Counted from the stretch's first letter, positions 1 through 12,970 are shown. The stretch: DNA of 64,000 nt from Sphingobacteriaceae bacterium (GCA_035575925.1 DATLXK010000070.1:1406-65405), one strand, 5' to 3'. The notes: a model not told the origin generated them from the sequence alone. Translations and numbers: made by a program.

Positions 1-2
1 TA

Positions 3-482
3 AAAAAGCAACGCATTCCAACTATTTTATTCGGCGTAACCTATGCTTTGCTCGATTTAATAGAAGAATATCATATCAATTTCCCGGAACTTATTGTAAT
101 GGAAACCGGGGGAATGAAAGGCCGGAGAAAAGAAATGATCCGCGAAGAGCTTCATACCATACTATGCGAAGGCTTTGGGACGCAGTCAATTCATTCAGAA
201 TACGGAATGACTGAACTACTGTCACAGGCGTATTCCAAAGGAGCAGGCATATTTGATTGTCCGCCATGGATGAATATCCATATTCGGGATGTAAATGATC
301 CGCTAACCCTGCTTGGAAATGGAAAAACAGGCGGCGTTAATATTATTGATCTTGCCAATCTTAATTCCTGTTCCTTTATTGCTACCCAGGATCTGGGCAG
401 AGTACATTCGCCCGGCAGATTTGAAATACTCGGGCGTTTTGACAACAGCGATATCCGCGGGTGTAACCTGCTGGTTTTGTAA
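3..482 (+). CDS. C-terminal part of a LuxE-like acyl-protein synthetase / adenylate-forming enzyme (5' end is upstream of the window)
   Basis: The frame is open from base 3 with no stop. The tail ...METGGMKGRRKEM...GRFEILGRFDNSDIRGCNLLV resembles LuxE/PaaK-type C-termini. Recognised by eye only. Confidence 0.5.
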   Translation, partial: KKQRIPTILFGVTYALLDLIEEYHINFPELIVMETGGMKGRRKEMIREELHTILCEGFGTQSIHSEYGMTELLSQAYSKGAGIFDCPPWMNIHIRDVNDPLTLLGNGKTGGVNIIDLANLNSCSFIATQDLGRVHSPGRFEILGRFDNSDIRGCNLLVL

Positions 483-486
483 ACAG

Positions 487-1764
487 TTAGGCCGTTGCTG
501 TCCGTAAAGAAGGCTTTTTTCTGGATTTCATATACATTACTAATCCGGCAAAAGCTATACTTAAAATAACAGGTATAATCAAAGTAGTCTGGATCACTTC
601 GGGCCCCGCCGCACTGGTTGCCTGAGCCATTTGTGTGGCCATTTCACTTCCGGGAGCAGCTGCCATATATTCTCCCATATTGGCACCTGCAGGTAATTTA
701 TTCACCAGTAAAGCGTCATAATGCCTGCCCATAAAATAAGTATATACAGAAACTGCAAACATGCCTGCACCTCCCATTAAATTCAATCCCAGGGCACCTG
801 ATTCGGGGATATTCTCTGCAACAAATCCAAGCATGGTAGGCCAGAAATAACAAACTCCCATACCAAAAATAATTGCCCCTAAGAATACCGAATTGCCACT
901 TAAAGTACTTAACAAGTACAAGCCGATGGCAGAAAGAATAGCTGACATAAGCAACACGCCTTGCGGGGAAAAGCGGTGAACTACTGGCTCTGCCATACCG
1001 CGGCCTAAAACCATTACCCCTGTAGTTAATGTTAGTATTAATATGGCATTACTCGTCACATTTTTCAAAAGCACATCTATCCATTGTCCCGTAAACAATT
1101 CAGTTATGGCAGTCCCAAACATGCATATAAACATAAATATGAATAAAGGGGAAGCAACTGACCTGTACATTGCAGCAGTTGAAATACCTGAGGCAACTCG
1201 CTCTGTAACCGGAAACTGAAGTTTAGAAAATAAATAACCATATATAAGGGTAGGAATAATCATAACACCCACTTGCACCTGCCAGTTAAGACCTATATTA
1301 TTAAATAAAAGCACAATCAACGTTCCGATAAGGATACCACCGGGGAACCATAAATGAAAGTGATTTAATTTTGTAGTCTTATTTTCTGGATACAATGCAG
1401 TAACCAAAGGATTACATGCCGCTTCAACTGTACCGTTAGCTATACCAATAAGCAGTGTGGATACAAACAATGTCCAGTATCCCTGGGCAAAAACAGTCAG
1501 TAATATACCGATGATATGCAAGAAAAATGCACTAACTAAAAGGCGTTTCATTCCAATGATATCTACTACCATTCCTCCAATAACAACAGCCAGAGGAAAT
1601 CCCCAAAATGCAGTTGCAGTGATAGAACTTAACTCCGACGTACTAAGTTGAAAATCTGTCCCTAACTTATTTAAGATACCTGCACGAATACCAAAAGAAA
1701 GTGAGGTAACCAACAAGGACAAGCAACTTGCCCAAAAAAGTCTGCTGCGATCAATAGTTTGCAT
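487..1764 (-). CDS. MFS transporter (sugar-type, about 12 predicted TM helices)
   Basis: 425-aa ORF that is hydrophobic throughout, with two 6-helix halves. It is convergent with the upstream gene (5-nt gap). Confidence 0.7.
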   Translation of the reverse strand: MQTIDRSRLFWASCLSLLVTSLSFGIRAGILNKLGTDFQLSTSELSSITATAFWGFPLAVVIGGMVVDIIGMKRLLVSAFFLHIIGILLTVFAQGYWTLFVSTLLIGIANGTVEAACNPLVTALYPENKTTKLNHFHLWFPGGILIGTLIVLLFNNIGLNWQVQVGVMIIPTLIYGYLFSKLQFPVTERVASGISTAAMYRSVASPLFIFMFICMFGTAITELFTGQWIDVLLKNVTSNAILILTLTTGVMVLGRGMAEPVVHRFSPQGVLLMSAILSAIGLYLLSTLSGNSVFLGAIIFGMGVCYFWPTMLGFVAENIPESGALGLNLMGGAGMFAVSVYTYFMGRHYDALLVNKLPAGANMGEYMAAAPGSEMATQMAQATSAAGPEVIQTTLIIPVILSIAFAGLVMYMKSRKKPSLRTATA

Positions 1765-1929
1765 AAAGTTTATAAGGTTTAATAATTAGTTATTTTACTA
1801 ATTTGATTTTATAAGAATAACAATAATAATACTTTTCAAATAGCTTTTAAAACATTTTCCTTGTACTTTAGATATTCCGAAAGAATTGTTTCGACAATTT
1901 CGGTCAAACACTAAATATTATAATTCCTA

Positions 1930-4900
1930 ATGAAATTTTTACAAACCATATTCTTGTCCACTATTGTCCTGGTTCTTATATACTCTTTCAATACTATTCA
2001 AATCCCAAAATCGAAACCCAGAATACTTGTTTTTAGTAAAACTTCAGGTTTCAGGCACACTTCCATTCCCGCCGGTAAAGAAGCTCTTTTAAAACTAGCC
2101 AGGGAACAAGGATATTTAGTTGATGTAACTGAAGATGCAAAGTATTTTAATGAAGATTCCCTGAAGAAATATTCTGTAGTTGTTTTTCTTAGTACAACCG
2201 GCAATATTTTAAATTCGGCACAGCAGGCCAGCTTCGAACGCTATATTCAGGCGGGCGGCGGATTTGTAGGCATACACGCTGCCGCGGATACCGAGTACGA
2301 CTGGCCATGGTATGGAAAATTAGTGGGAGGATATTTTTTAAGCCATCCTAAAATTCAGAAAGCGATAATCAATGTAGTTGATAATAAAGATAGTTCCACC
2401 AGTCATTTACCAAGCAAGTGGGAAGTAACAGACGAGTGGTACAATTATAAAAACCTGAATACTAATACCCATGTATTACTTTCATTGGATGAAAAAAGCT
2501 ATACCGGAGGTAAAAACGGAAACTATCACCCTATTGCCTGGTATCATAATTATGATGGAGGAAGGGCATTTTATACCGGACTTGGCCACACCGAAGAATC
2601 ATTTAAAGATCCGCTATTTATAAAACATTTGGCGGGTGGAATTAAATATGCCATAGGCCAAACTGCTCTTAACTATTTAAAGGTAAGTACACCAAAAGTA
2701 CCTGAAGAAAACAGGTTTGTTAAATCAATTCTTACGCAGGGCACCTTATACGAACCCACTGAAATAGCCATTTTGCCAAATCTTGATGTCCTGATAACCC
2801 AAAGACGCGGCGAGATTATGTTATATAAAAACGAAACGAAAAAGCTGGAGCAGGTTGGTTTTCTTGATGTGTATTTTAAAAAACAAGCATCTGAGGGGAA
2901 TGTTGAAGAAGGTTTATTAGGCATTGCCGCCGATCCTGATTTTGCAAAGAATCAATATGTATATATGTTCTACAGCCCGATTGACACTTCGGTAAACCGA
3001 CTTTCGCGTTTTAAATTGGTCAATGATAAAATAGACAATAAATCGGAAAAAGTTGTACTGGAATTCTTTTCCCAACGTGAAATTTGCTGCCACACAGGTG
3101 GTTCAATTGCTTTTGGCCCGGATGGCTTACTATATGTTTCAACCGGTGACAATTCAACACCGTTTGATGTTCCCAATCAAAAATTTGTAAATAATGGTTA
3201 TGGCCCATTAGATAACCGGCCGGGATTAGAACAATATGATGCCAGGCGATCTTCAGGCAACACGAATGATCTGCGTGGAAAAATTATCCGGATTAAGTTA
3301 AATGATGATGGAACCTATCAAATTCCTGATGGCAATCTGTTTGCACCGGGCACAGTTAAGACACGCCCTGAAATTTATATTATGGGCAACCGCAACCCTT
3401 ACAGAATATCAATAGATAAAAAAACAAATTTCCTTTATTGGGGCGAGGTTGGGCCTGATGCTAAGGCTGATGATCCTTTAAGAGGCCCGCGCGGATATGA
3501 TGAAGTGAACCAGGCGCGTAAAGCGGGTTTTTTTGGATGGCCTTTTGCTGTTGGAAATAATTATCCTTATAAAGAATATGATTTTAAGACCGGAATTAGT
3601 GGCACTGTTTTTAATCCCGTAAAAATCAATAACACTTCAGCCAATAATACTGGTTTAAACGAGCTTCCACCGGTTCAGCCGCCTTTTATATGGTATCCTT
3701 ATGGTGCATCAGCAGAGTTTCCTGAAGTTAGCGAAGGCGGGCGTACAGCTATGGCAGGGCCTGTTTATTATGCTGATATGTATACAAAAACCCCCAACAG
3801 TTACCCTGATTATTATAATGGAAAGCTTTTAATATACGACTGGGTAAGGGGGTGGATTAAATCAGTAACCTTAAAGCCTAATGGAGATTACGACAGCATG
3901 GAACCATTCATGCCTGGTACTACATTTGCCGCACCGGTAGATATGGAACTTGGCCATGACGGTAAAATTTATGTGCTGGAGTATGGAAGTGGCTGGTTTA
4001 CTAAAAACCCTAATGCCGCATTATCCCGTATTGATTACCTGGCAGGTAACCGTCCGCCTAAAATAAATAATCTGGTTATTTCTAAAACAAGCGGAGTGCT
4101 GCCTTATAAATTTTCTGCAAGTGTTGATGTTACAGACCCTGATAAGGACAAGATGACCTACCTGTGGAACTTAGGTAATGGAATCACTAAAACCAGCACG
4201 GAACCCAATATAAATTATACCTACACAAAAGCCGGAGAGCATTCTGTTAGTGTGAAAGTAACTGATATAAATAAGGCTTCAACCAATAGTAAAACCGTTT
4301 CTGTGTATGCAGGTAATGAGCATCCTGAAATTAAAATATCCGTAAAGGGTAACAGCACCTTTTATTTTCCGGGAATACCTGTTAATTATCAGGTTGTAGT
4401 TTCAGACAAGGCGAGTATAGTGGATAAAAAGAACGTTTATGTGTCTAATATGTATACTCAAGGTATGGATATGGCAGGATCTTCATTGGGGCACCAAACA
4501 GCCGCCGAAAACCTGATTGGACAAAGTTTGATGCTTAAATCTGATTGCAAAGCATGTCATCAGGTTAGTGAAAAATCCATTGGCCCCGCTTTTACCCTTA
4601 TATCAGCCCGTTACCAGAAAAACACAAAGGCTATTCCTTATCTGGCTTCGAAAATTATTGAGGGTGGTGCCGGTATCTGGGGAGAAATACCCATGCCCAG
4701 CCATACAGCCATGGAAAAAGATGAGGCAAGAAAAATTGCTGAATGGATAATTTCTTTAGGTAACACATCTGTTAATAAACCTTCTCTCCCTCTTGCGGGT
4801 AAAATTATTCCGGAAACTACTTTAGAAGATGGAAAAAGCACATTAGTTATTAATGCTGCATATACTGATCTTGGTTCGTCGGGTGTGAAGCCACTATCGG

Positions 4901-5322
4901 CATCTAATTCAGTATACTTACGAAGCAGTTTACTAGATGCGGGAGAAATTAAAGACCGGAATTCTTTTGCCGTAAAGGATTCTTCAGGAAGCAAATACCT
5001 CATTTTTCCTGCAAACACGGGTTGGCTGAAATTAAATAAAATAGATCTGTCGGGCATTAGTAACGTAGAACTTACCGGTTTCTCAAGAGGTGAAGCCGGA
5101 AATTATTCCATTGAAATAAGACTGGATTCAGAAATAGGAAAAATTATTGGAAAAAGCGCCCTTTCTTCTAATACAGTAGTTAGTGAAAAACTAAATGCAT
5201 TAATACCCTTGCAACCGATTGCAGATGGAAATTTCCATGCACTTTATTTTGTATTTATTGCTGATAAAAAAGATTTGAAGCAAAGACCCGTCCTTAAAAC
5301 AATTAAATTCAATCCTTATTAA
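1930..5322 (+). CDS. Secreted multidomain oxidoreductase: ThuA-like domain + PQQ-dependent sugar (glucose/sorbosone) dehydrogenase beta-propeller + PKD/Ig domains + c-type cytochrome + C-terminal carbohydrate-binding-like domain
   Basis: 1130-aa ORF with an N-terminal signal/TM segment. ThuA-like motifs are present (ILVFSKTSGFRHTSI, HPIAWYH). GSDH-like propeller repeats are present. There is a PKD-like stretch (PYKFSASVDVTDPDKDKMTYLWNLGNG). A heme motif CKACH is followed by GGAGIWGEIPMP. Confidence 0.75.
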   Translation: MKFLQTIFLSTIVLVLIYSFNTIQIPKSKPRILVFSKTSGFRHTSIPAGKEALLKLAREQGYLVDVTEDAKYFNEDSLKKYSVVVFLSTTGNILNSAQQASFERYIQAGGGFVGIHAAADTEYDWPWYGKLVGGYFLSHPKIQKAIINVVDNKDSSTSHLPSKWEVTDEWYNYKNLNTNTHVLLSLDEKSYTGGKNGNYHPIAWYHNYDGGRAFYTGLGHTEESFKDPLFIKHLAGGIKYAIGQTALNYLKVSTPKVPEENRFVKSILTQGTLYEPTEIAILPNLDVLITQRRGEIMLYKNETKKLEQVGFLDVYFKKQASEGNVEEGLLGIAADPDFAKNQYVYMFYSPIDTSVNRLSRFKLVNDKIDNKSEKVVLEFFSQREICCHTGGSIAFGPDGLLYVSTGDNSTPFDVPNQKFVNNGYGPLDNRPGLEQYDARRSSGNTNDLRGKIIRIKLNDDGTYQIPDGNLFAPGTVKTRPEIYIMGNRNPYRISIDKKTNFLYWGEVGPDAKADDPLRGPRGYDEVNQARKAGFFGWPFAVGNNYPYKEYDFKTGISGTVFNPVKINNTSANNTGLNELPPVQPPFIWYPYGASAEFPEVSEGGRTAMAGPVYYADMYTKTPNSYPDYYNGKLLIYDWVRGWIKSVTLKPNGDYDSMEPFMPGTTFAAPVDMELGHDGKIYVLEYGSGWFTKNPNAALSRIDYLAGNRPPKINNLVISKTSGVLPYKFSASVDVTDPDKDKMTYLWNLGNGITKTSTEPNINYTYTKAGEHSVSVKVTDINKASTNSKTVSVYAGNEHPEIKISVKGNSTFYFPGIPVNYQVVVSDKASIVDKKNVYVSNMYTQGMDMAGSSLGHQTAAENLIGQSLMLKSDCKACHQVSEKSIGPAFTLISARYQKNTKAIPYLASKIIEGGAGIWGEIPMPSHTAMEKDEARKIAEWIISLGNTSVNKPSLPLAGKIIPETTLEDGKSTLVINAAYTDLGSSGVKPLSASNSVYLRSSLLDAGEIKDRNSFAVKDSSGSKYLIFPANTGWLKLNKIDLSGISNVELTGFSRGEAGNYSIEIRLDSEIGKIIGKSALSSNTVVSEKLNALIPLQPIADGNFHALYFVFIADKKDLKQRPVLKTIKFNPY

Positions 5323-5457
5323 GTATATATACCCATGTAAATAAATTTTTATTTTATATGGATATTATAATTAATGAAAAACTTTTGACGTTTTTGAAGG
5401 TTCAGAAGGTATCTTTAATCATAAATATTTAAATAATTGTTATAAATCCATTTTTCA

Positions 5458-5988
5458 ATGAAGAAAACATTAATAATCTTTAGTATTTGCAGTATAATTT
5501 TTGCGTGCACATCAACAGATAGAACCACTGAAACCAATGATACAACCCAGGCAATTGAAAATCAAACTACTGCGGTAGAAGAAATAGATACCGTTACAGT
5601 TGTGCCGGCTCCAACTGAAGCACCAATTTCGCAAACCCCATCTGCGACAGTAACAACCCCGGCCCCGAAGCCTGAGGTGAAAACCACAGTTGCAGCAAAA
5701 AAAGTTTCTAAACCGGAATCAAAACCAGCCTCAACTGCCAAAGGTGAACAGTTGATTTCAAAATCAGATTGTTTGGCTTGCCATAAAATCAATGAGCAGC
5801 TTGTTGGGCCTGCATATTCAGCAGTAGCTGCAAAATATTCAAATACTGATGCCAATTTAAATTACCTTGCTGATAAAATTATTTCCGGAGGTGCCGGCGT
5901 TTGGGGAGAAGTACCCATGAGTCCCCATTCTGCTCTAAGCAAGGCTGATGCGAAAGAGATGGCAAGATATATACTTTCATTAAAATAG
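5458..5988 (+). CDS. Lipoprotein c-type cytochrome (c551/c552-like) with a T/P/A/V-rich linker
   Basis: Signal peptide plus lipobox-like FAC. Heme motif CLACH, then GGAGVWGEVPMSPH. The heme domain is paralogous to the one in the 1130-aa protein. Confidence 0.75.
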   Translation: MKKTLIIFSICSIIFACTSTDRTTETNDTTQAIENQTTAVEEIDTVTVVPAPTEAPISQTPSATVTTPAPKPEVKTTVAAKKVSKPESKPASTAKGEQLISKSDCLACHKINEQLVGPAYSAVAAKYSNTDANLNYLADKIISGGAGVWGEVPMSPHSALSKADAKEMARYILSLK

Positions 5989-6074
5989 TATAGCCTTCGT
6001 CAGGTTTTTTACCGGTTCATAAGCAATATAATCTACCTATTACTATAAGTAGATTCGTTATAATTGCTTCCAAT

Positions 6075-7235
6075 ATGAATATTGCAGAAAAATTCCAGGG
6101 AAAATATAATTACACCCGTTTACTTCTGTATGTATGGATTTTTATTTCGGTATTTGCCGGATTAAAACAATATTTAAAAGGCAGCTACAACAATTATTTA
6201 ATATTTAAATATGTATTTATTAATACATTAAATCAGGTACACCTTTATATTCCACAACCCGGATTTTATTCTGACAACAATCATTATGGTCCATTCTTTT
6301 CCCTAATTATAGCTCCATTTGCTATGATGCCTGATGCGATAGGAATAGTTTTATGGGCAGTATTGACATCACTGGTTTTATTTGTCGCGATAAATAAACT
6401 TCCTATAACCCAGGTTCAGCGCAACCTTATTTTATTGTTATGTACGCATGATCTTTACACTTCACTGGTTAATCTTCAAAGTAACCCGTTGATTGCCGCG
6501 CTAATCATACTAACTTTTATATATTGTATTAAAGGAAAGGAATTTTGGTCAGGGTTTTATATTGCCATAGGATTTTTAATTAAACTTTATGGAATTGTAG
6601 GTTTTGCCTTTATTCTTCTCGCCAGAAATAAATTAAAATTTATCTACTCTTTTTTTCTTTGTATTGTTATTCTTGCTGCCTTACCTGCCCTGTTATCTTC
6701 CATAGATTTTCAGGCTCAAAGCTATTATGATTGGTATAACAGATTAGTAGTTAAAAATCAGTTAAATGTAGGCCAGGCGACTATGCAGAATATTTCTGCT
6801 ATCGGGCTTATAAACAGGACAATCTCGACAGCAATCGCTACCAAATGGATTTTATTAAGCGGCCTGATTTTAATGCTCGTAATGGTTGCCGCTAATTTTA
6901 AAAGATTTAAGAATAACCGGTTTCAATATTTATTACTATCTGCCGTATTGCTGTTTACTGTTTTGTTCTCAACAGGATCCGAATCACCTACCTATATTAT
7001 AGCTTTTGCCGGGGTAGCAATCTGGTATGCAACTAAAAAAGAAAAAACGTGGGTTGATCATTTCTTACTTGGATTTGCCATTATTCTTACCAGTTTTTCG
7101 CCATCGGATCTTTTCCCTCATGATGCACGTATCTTTGTAAGAAAATATTCACTAAAAGCTTTGCCCTGTTTACTAATCTGGCTTGAAATTATCCGCGAAA
7201 GTATTTGGTTAAAACCAGCACCCGTTAAAGCATGA
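6075..7235 (+). CDS. Polytopic membrane protein, GT87/DUF2029-like (GT-C type) glycosyltransferase
   Basis: 386-aa ORF with about 10 TM segments. It has an ATGA overlap with the downstream GT2 gene. The family call is tentative. Confidence 0.45.
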   Translation: MNIAEKFQGKYNYTRLLLYVWIFISVFAGLKQYLKGSYNNYLIFKYVFINTLNQVHLYIPQPGFYSDNNHYGPFFSLIIAPFAMMPDAIGIVLWAVLTSLVLFVAINKLPITQVQRNLILLLCTHDLYTSLVNLQSNPLIAALIILTFIYCIKGKEFWSGFYIAIGFLIKLYGIVGFAFILLARNKLKFIYSFFLCIVILAALPALLSSIDFQAQSYYDWYNRLVVKNQLNVGQATMQNISAIGLINRTISTAIATKWILLSGLILMLVMVAANFKRFKNNRFQYLLLSAVLLFTVLFSTGSESPTYIIAFAGVAIWYATKKEKTWVDHFLLGFAIILTSFSPSDLFPHDARIFVRKYSLKALPCLLIWLEIIRESIWLKPAPVKA

Positions 7236-8161
7236 AGAGATTAATTTCCATCATCATACCGGCATATAATGAAGAGAAAAACATTCCTCTTTTAGCAGAA
7301 CAGCTTAACAGCATATTTAGTGAAATACCGTATGAGCTGGAACTAATATTAATTAATGATGGAAGTACGGATAATACTTTAGCCGTTATTCATTCCCTCG
7401 CCTTACAATATCCTACACTATATTTTATTGATTTCTCCAGAAATTTTGGACAACAAAATGCTTTACGTGCCGGATATGATTATGCCCATGGTGATGCCGT
7501 TATATGCATGGATGCTGACCTTCAGAATCCTCCGGAGATAGTTCTGGATCTAATTAAGAAATGGGAAGAAGGCTTTGAAGTAGTAATCTGTAAAAGAAAA
7601 GATGGCAAACAAAACGCGGGAATATTAAAAGAGGCCACTTCACGCTGGTTTTATAATTTATTATCCTTTTTAACCGATATAAAAGTAGAACCTAACTCGC
7701 CCGATTTCAGGTTAATAGACAGGAAATTGGTTGATATAATAAAAACCTTATCCGAAAAAGATATTTTCTTTAGAGGAATGATTTCATGGATGGGTTTTAA
7801 AAGAACCGTGGTTGAGTATGAACACAGTGCCAGAGCTTATGGTGATACGAAATACTCTGTTATAAAGATGATTAATCTTGCTTCATCAGGATTAACCAGT
7901 TTTAGTGTAAAACCGTTGCATCTGGCCATGTACTTAGGGCTGATTATTTCCTGCCTGTCACTTGTTTATATACCGTATGCGCTTTTAAGTTATTACCGCG
8001 GAGATGCAATTTCTGGTTGGGCCTCACTAATTGTAACTGTAGCATTTTTCGGAGGCCTGCAACTAATGATTTTAGGAGTAATCGGACTTTATCTGGGGAA
8101 ACTTTTTATACAGTCAAAGCAAAGACCAGAATATATTATTAGAGAAACGAATATTGATTAA
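7232..8161 (+). CDS. Family 2 glycosyltransferase (polyprenyl-phosphate sugar synthase, DPM1/ArnC-like) with C-terminal TM helices
   Basis: IIPAYNEEKNI, INDGSTDNT and DADLQNPPE motifs, with two C-terminal TM segments. Confidence 0.8.
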   Translation: MKRLISIIIPAYNEEKNIPLLAEQLNSIFSEIPYELELILINDGSTDNTLAVIHSLALQYPTLYFIDFSRNFGQQNALRAGYDYAHGDAVICMDADLQNPPEIVLDLIKKWEEGFEVVICKRKDGKQNAGILKEATSRWFYNLLSFLTDIKVEPNSPDFRLIDRKLVDIIKTLSEKDIFFRGMISWMGFKRTVVEYEHSARAYGDTKYSVIKMINLASSGLTSFSVKPLHLAMYLGLIISCLSLVYIPYALLSYYRGDAISGWASLIVTVAFFGGLQLMILGVIGLYLGKLFIQSKQRPEYIIRETNID

Positions 8162-8187
8162 ATTATAAAAGAAATAATTCCAGTTGG

Positions 8188-9471
8188 TTATTGTACAACC
8201 AGCAGAAAGTAATTCTTCTTCCCTTTTTGCACGACTAAATATTTATCATTCACCAGGTTTGACATAGTATAAACCTGTGCTGCATCTGAAATTTTTTCCC
8301 TGTTAATAGAAACTCCTCCACCCTGTATCATTTTCCGGGCCTCTCCTTTTGAAAGAAAAACCTGCGACTTTTCTGCAAGTAAATCTGATGCAATTATGCC
8401 CGCTGATAGCTCTGACTTTGAAATATCAAATTTCGGGATACCTTCAAAAACCTGTAATACGGCTTCGTCATCCAATTCTTTCAAAAAATCCAATGTGCCT
8501 GTACCAAATAAAAATTCAGACGTTTTTACAGCAGTCTGCAGTGCATCAGATGAATGAGTGAGTGTGGTGATTTCTTCAGCGAGTGCTTTTTGTAAAATCC
8601 TTAAGTGCGGTGCTAAATCATGTTCCTTTTCTAAAGATTCAATTTCTTCCTGCGATTTAAAAGAAAAAATCTTCATCCAGCTTTTTACATCATCATCCGT
8701 AGCATTCAACCAGAATTGATAGAACTGATAGGGTGAAGTTTTTTTAGGATCAAGCCAAATATTCCCACCCTCTGTTTTGCCAAATTTGGCACCATCGGCT
8801 TTTTTAATTAACTGCGTAGTTAGTGCAAAAGCATTGCCTCCAGCTTTCTTACGGATAATTTCAGTGCCGGTAACAATATTTCCCCATTGATCTGAACCGC
8901 CCATTTGCAGCAAACAGTTTTTTTCCTTCCACAGGTAATAAAAGTCAAAACCCTGAATTAACTGATAGCTGAATTCTGTGAATGACATTCCGGTCTCACT
9001 TTCCAATCGCTTCTTTACGGAATCTTTTGCACTCATATAATTCACCGTAATATGCTTACCTACATCCCGTATAAAATCCAGGAAATTATAGGTTTTAAAC
9101 CAATCATAGTTATTTACTATTTCTGCTTTATTATTTCCCGTATTAAAATCAAGATATTTTTCCAATTGCTTCTTAATACCTGCAAGATTGTGTTGCAAAA
9201 CATCATCAGACAGCAGATTACGCTCCTGAGATTTCCCGCTTGGATCACCAACCATCCCGGTTGCACCGCCTAACAAAGCAAATGGTTTATGTCCGGCTTT
9301 TTGAAAGCGAACTAATGTTATTATTTGCGCCAGACTACCAACATGTAATGAATCGGCAGTTGGATCAAATCCAATGTAACCAGCTGTCATTCCTTTGTTA
9401 AGCTGTTCTTCAGTTCCCGGCATGATATCATGCAAAATTCCCCGCCAGCGTAATTCTTCAACAAAATTCAT
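8188..9471 (-). CDS. tyrS: Tyrosine--tRNA ligase
   Basis: HVGS (HIGH-like) and KFGKT (KMSKS-like) motifs, plus a C-terminal S4 domain. A TATATTTG -7 box (plus-strand complement at 9492-9499) lies about 21 nt upstream of the ATG. Confidence 0.9.
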   Translation of the reverse strand: MNFVEELRWRGILHDIMPGTEEQLNKGMTAGYIGFDPTADSLHVGSLAQIITLVRFQKAGHKPFALLGGATGMVGDPSGKSQERNLLSDDVLQHNLAGIKKQLEKYLDFNTGNNKAEIVNNYDWFKTYNFLDFIRDVGKHITVNYMSAKDSVKKRLESETGMSFTEFSYQLIQGFDFYYLWKEKNCLLQMGGSDQWGNIVTGTEIIRKKAGGNAFALTTQLIKKADGAKFGKTEGGNIWLDPKKTSPYQFYQFWLNATDDDVKSWMKIFSFKSQEEIESLEKEHDLAPHLRILQKALAEEITTLTHSSDALQTAVKTSEFLFGTGTLDFLKELDDEAVLQVFEGIPKFDISKSELSAGIIASDLLAEKSQVFLSKGEARKMIQGGGVSINREKISDAAQVYTMSNLVNDKYLVVQKGKKNYFLLVVQ

Positions 9472-9571
9472 TATTCGATTTTATAGCATTGCAAATATAG
9501 AAGATTTATAAAACTCACTTAGGTTTATCCTTACTTATAAAACCAGCTGGTTCATCCCCTGTTACTACATT

Positions 9572-10147
9572 ATGGCTTTAATCCGTATTTTAAATCGCAA
9601 AACACTGTCAGAGAAAAAGTACTTACTTCAAAATATTACTTTTGAAATTAAAGACAGCAGTGGAAAATTACATACTCAGCAAAGGGAAGTTTACTTTCGG
9701 CCACAGGGTGCTACGCTGTTGCTATATAATCCTGTTAAGAGAACCGTGCTACTTTCAAGACAGTTCCGTTTACCTGCTTATCTGATAGACCAAGAAAAAG
9801 ATTTAATTGAAACCTGCGCCGGAATGATTGATGAAGGCGAAACCCCGAAAGAAGCGATTATAAGAGAAGCTGAAGAAGAACTTGGTTACCGGGTAGCTTT
9901 TGTTAGCAAGGTTTGTGAAGCATATCCATCTCCGGGAGGATTGAGCGAGTTAATTCACTTTTATATTGCACCGTACTCTGATGATATGAAAGTAAATGCC
10001 GGAGGCGGTAAAAAGGACGAGGAAGAAGATATTGATGTTTTAGAACTATCATTTGTGCAAGTACGTGATATGCTGGAAAAGGGCGAGTTTACTGATGCAA
10101 AAACTATTATTCTGATACAGTATGCAATTATTAAAGGACTTATCTAA
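9572..10147 (+). CDS. Nudix hydrolase (NudK/ADP-sugar pyrophosphatase-like)
   Basis: Nudix box GMIDEGETPKEAIIREAEEELGY. Confidence 0.75.
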   Translation: MALIRILNRKTLSEKKYLLQNITFEIKDSSGKLHTQQREVYFRPQGATLLLYNPVKRTVLLSRQFRLPAYLIDQEKDLIETCAGMIDEGETPKEAIIREAEEELGYRVAFVSKVCEAYPSPGGLSELIHFYIAPYSDDMKVNAGGGKKDEEEDIDVLELSFVQVRDMLEKGEFTDAKTIILIQYAIIKGLI

Positions 10148-10189
10148 ACATGTTTTCGTATCTTGAAATGATTCACGTATATCTTTGTT

Positions 10190-10876
10190 ATGAATTTCTT
10201 GTCGCACTTCTATTTTGACCGCAACTGCAAAGATCCTGACTTTGTGATGGGAAGTGTATTGCCCGATCTGGTAAAGAATACCCGCAAAGACTGGCATTTT
10301 CATCCTGAAAAAGATCAATTATCTTATTCAACACCAAAACTAAAAAGCCTTCTTTCCGGGTGGAAAAGACATTTAGAAGTAGATAAACATTTTCATTCTT
10401 CCCGTTTTTTTTCAACACATACTTCTGCCATCCGCACGGCCATAGCACCGGTTTTAACAAATTCACCCGTACGGCCGTCATTTGTTGCCCATATTGCTTT
10501 AGAATTAATGCTTGACAGTTTGCTGCTTGCAGAAAGCAAAATTGATGTAAATAAATTTTACGCATCCATTTCCTTATCAGACAGAGCATCTTTATATGAC
10601 TTTCTCACCCTTAACAAAGCCGATGATCCGGTTCTGTTTTTCAATTTCCTGGATGAGTTTATTCAAACACGTTATTTGCATAGCTATCGTGAGGCCCAAA
10701 ATATTATGTACGCAATTAACCGGATATGCCTGCGGATATGGCCTGAACCTATGTCAGAAACCCAAAAGCTACAACTCAACGCCATATTGCCTGATTATCA
10801 GCATAAACTGGAAAATATATTTATGGATATCTTTACTGAAATTGACGCCAGGCTACAGGAAAGTTTGGAACCATAG
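10190..10876 (+). CDS. Acyl carrier protein phosphodiesterase (AcpH)-like protein
   Basis: N-terminus MNFLSHFYF is typical of the AcpH family. Length 228 aa. Confidence 0.5.
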   Translation: MNFLSHFYFDRNCKDPDFVMGSVLPDLVKNTRKDWHFHPEKDQLSYSTPKLKSLLSGWKRHLEVDKHFHSSRFFSTHTSAIRTAIAPVLTNSPVRPSFVAHIALELMLDSLLLAESKIDVNKFYASISLSDRASLYDFLTLNKADDPVLFFNFLDEFIQTRYLHSYREAQNIMYAINRICLRIWPEPMSETQKLQLNAILPDYQHKLENIFMDIFTEIDARLQESLEP

Positions 10877-10879
10877 TAA

Positions 10880-12913
<2,034 letters not shown>

Positions 12914-12970
12914 ACCGGCACTTTTTATTTGATAGCATCCTTTTAACTTTGCAGACTATTTAGTATAATA

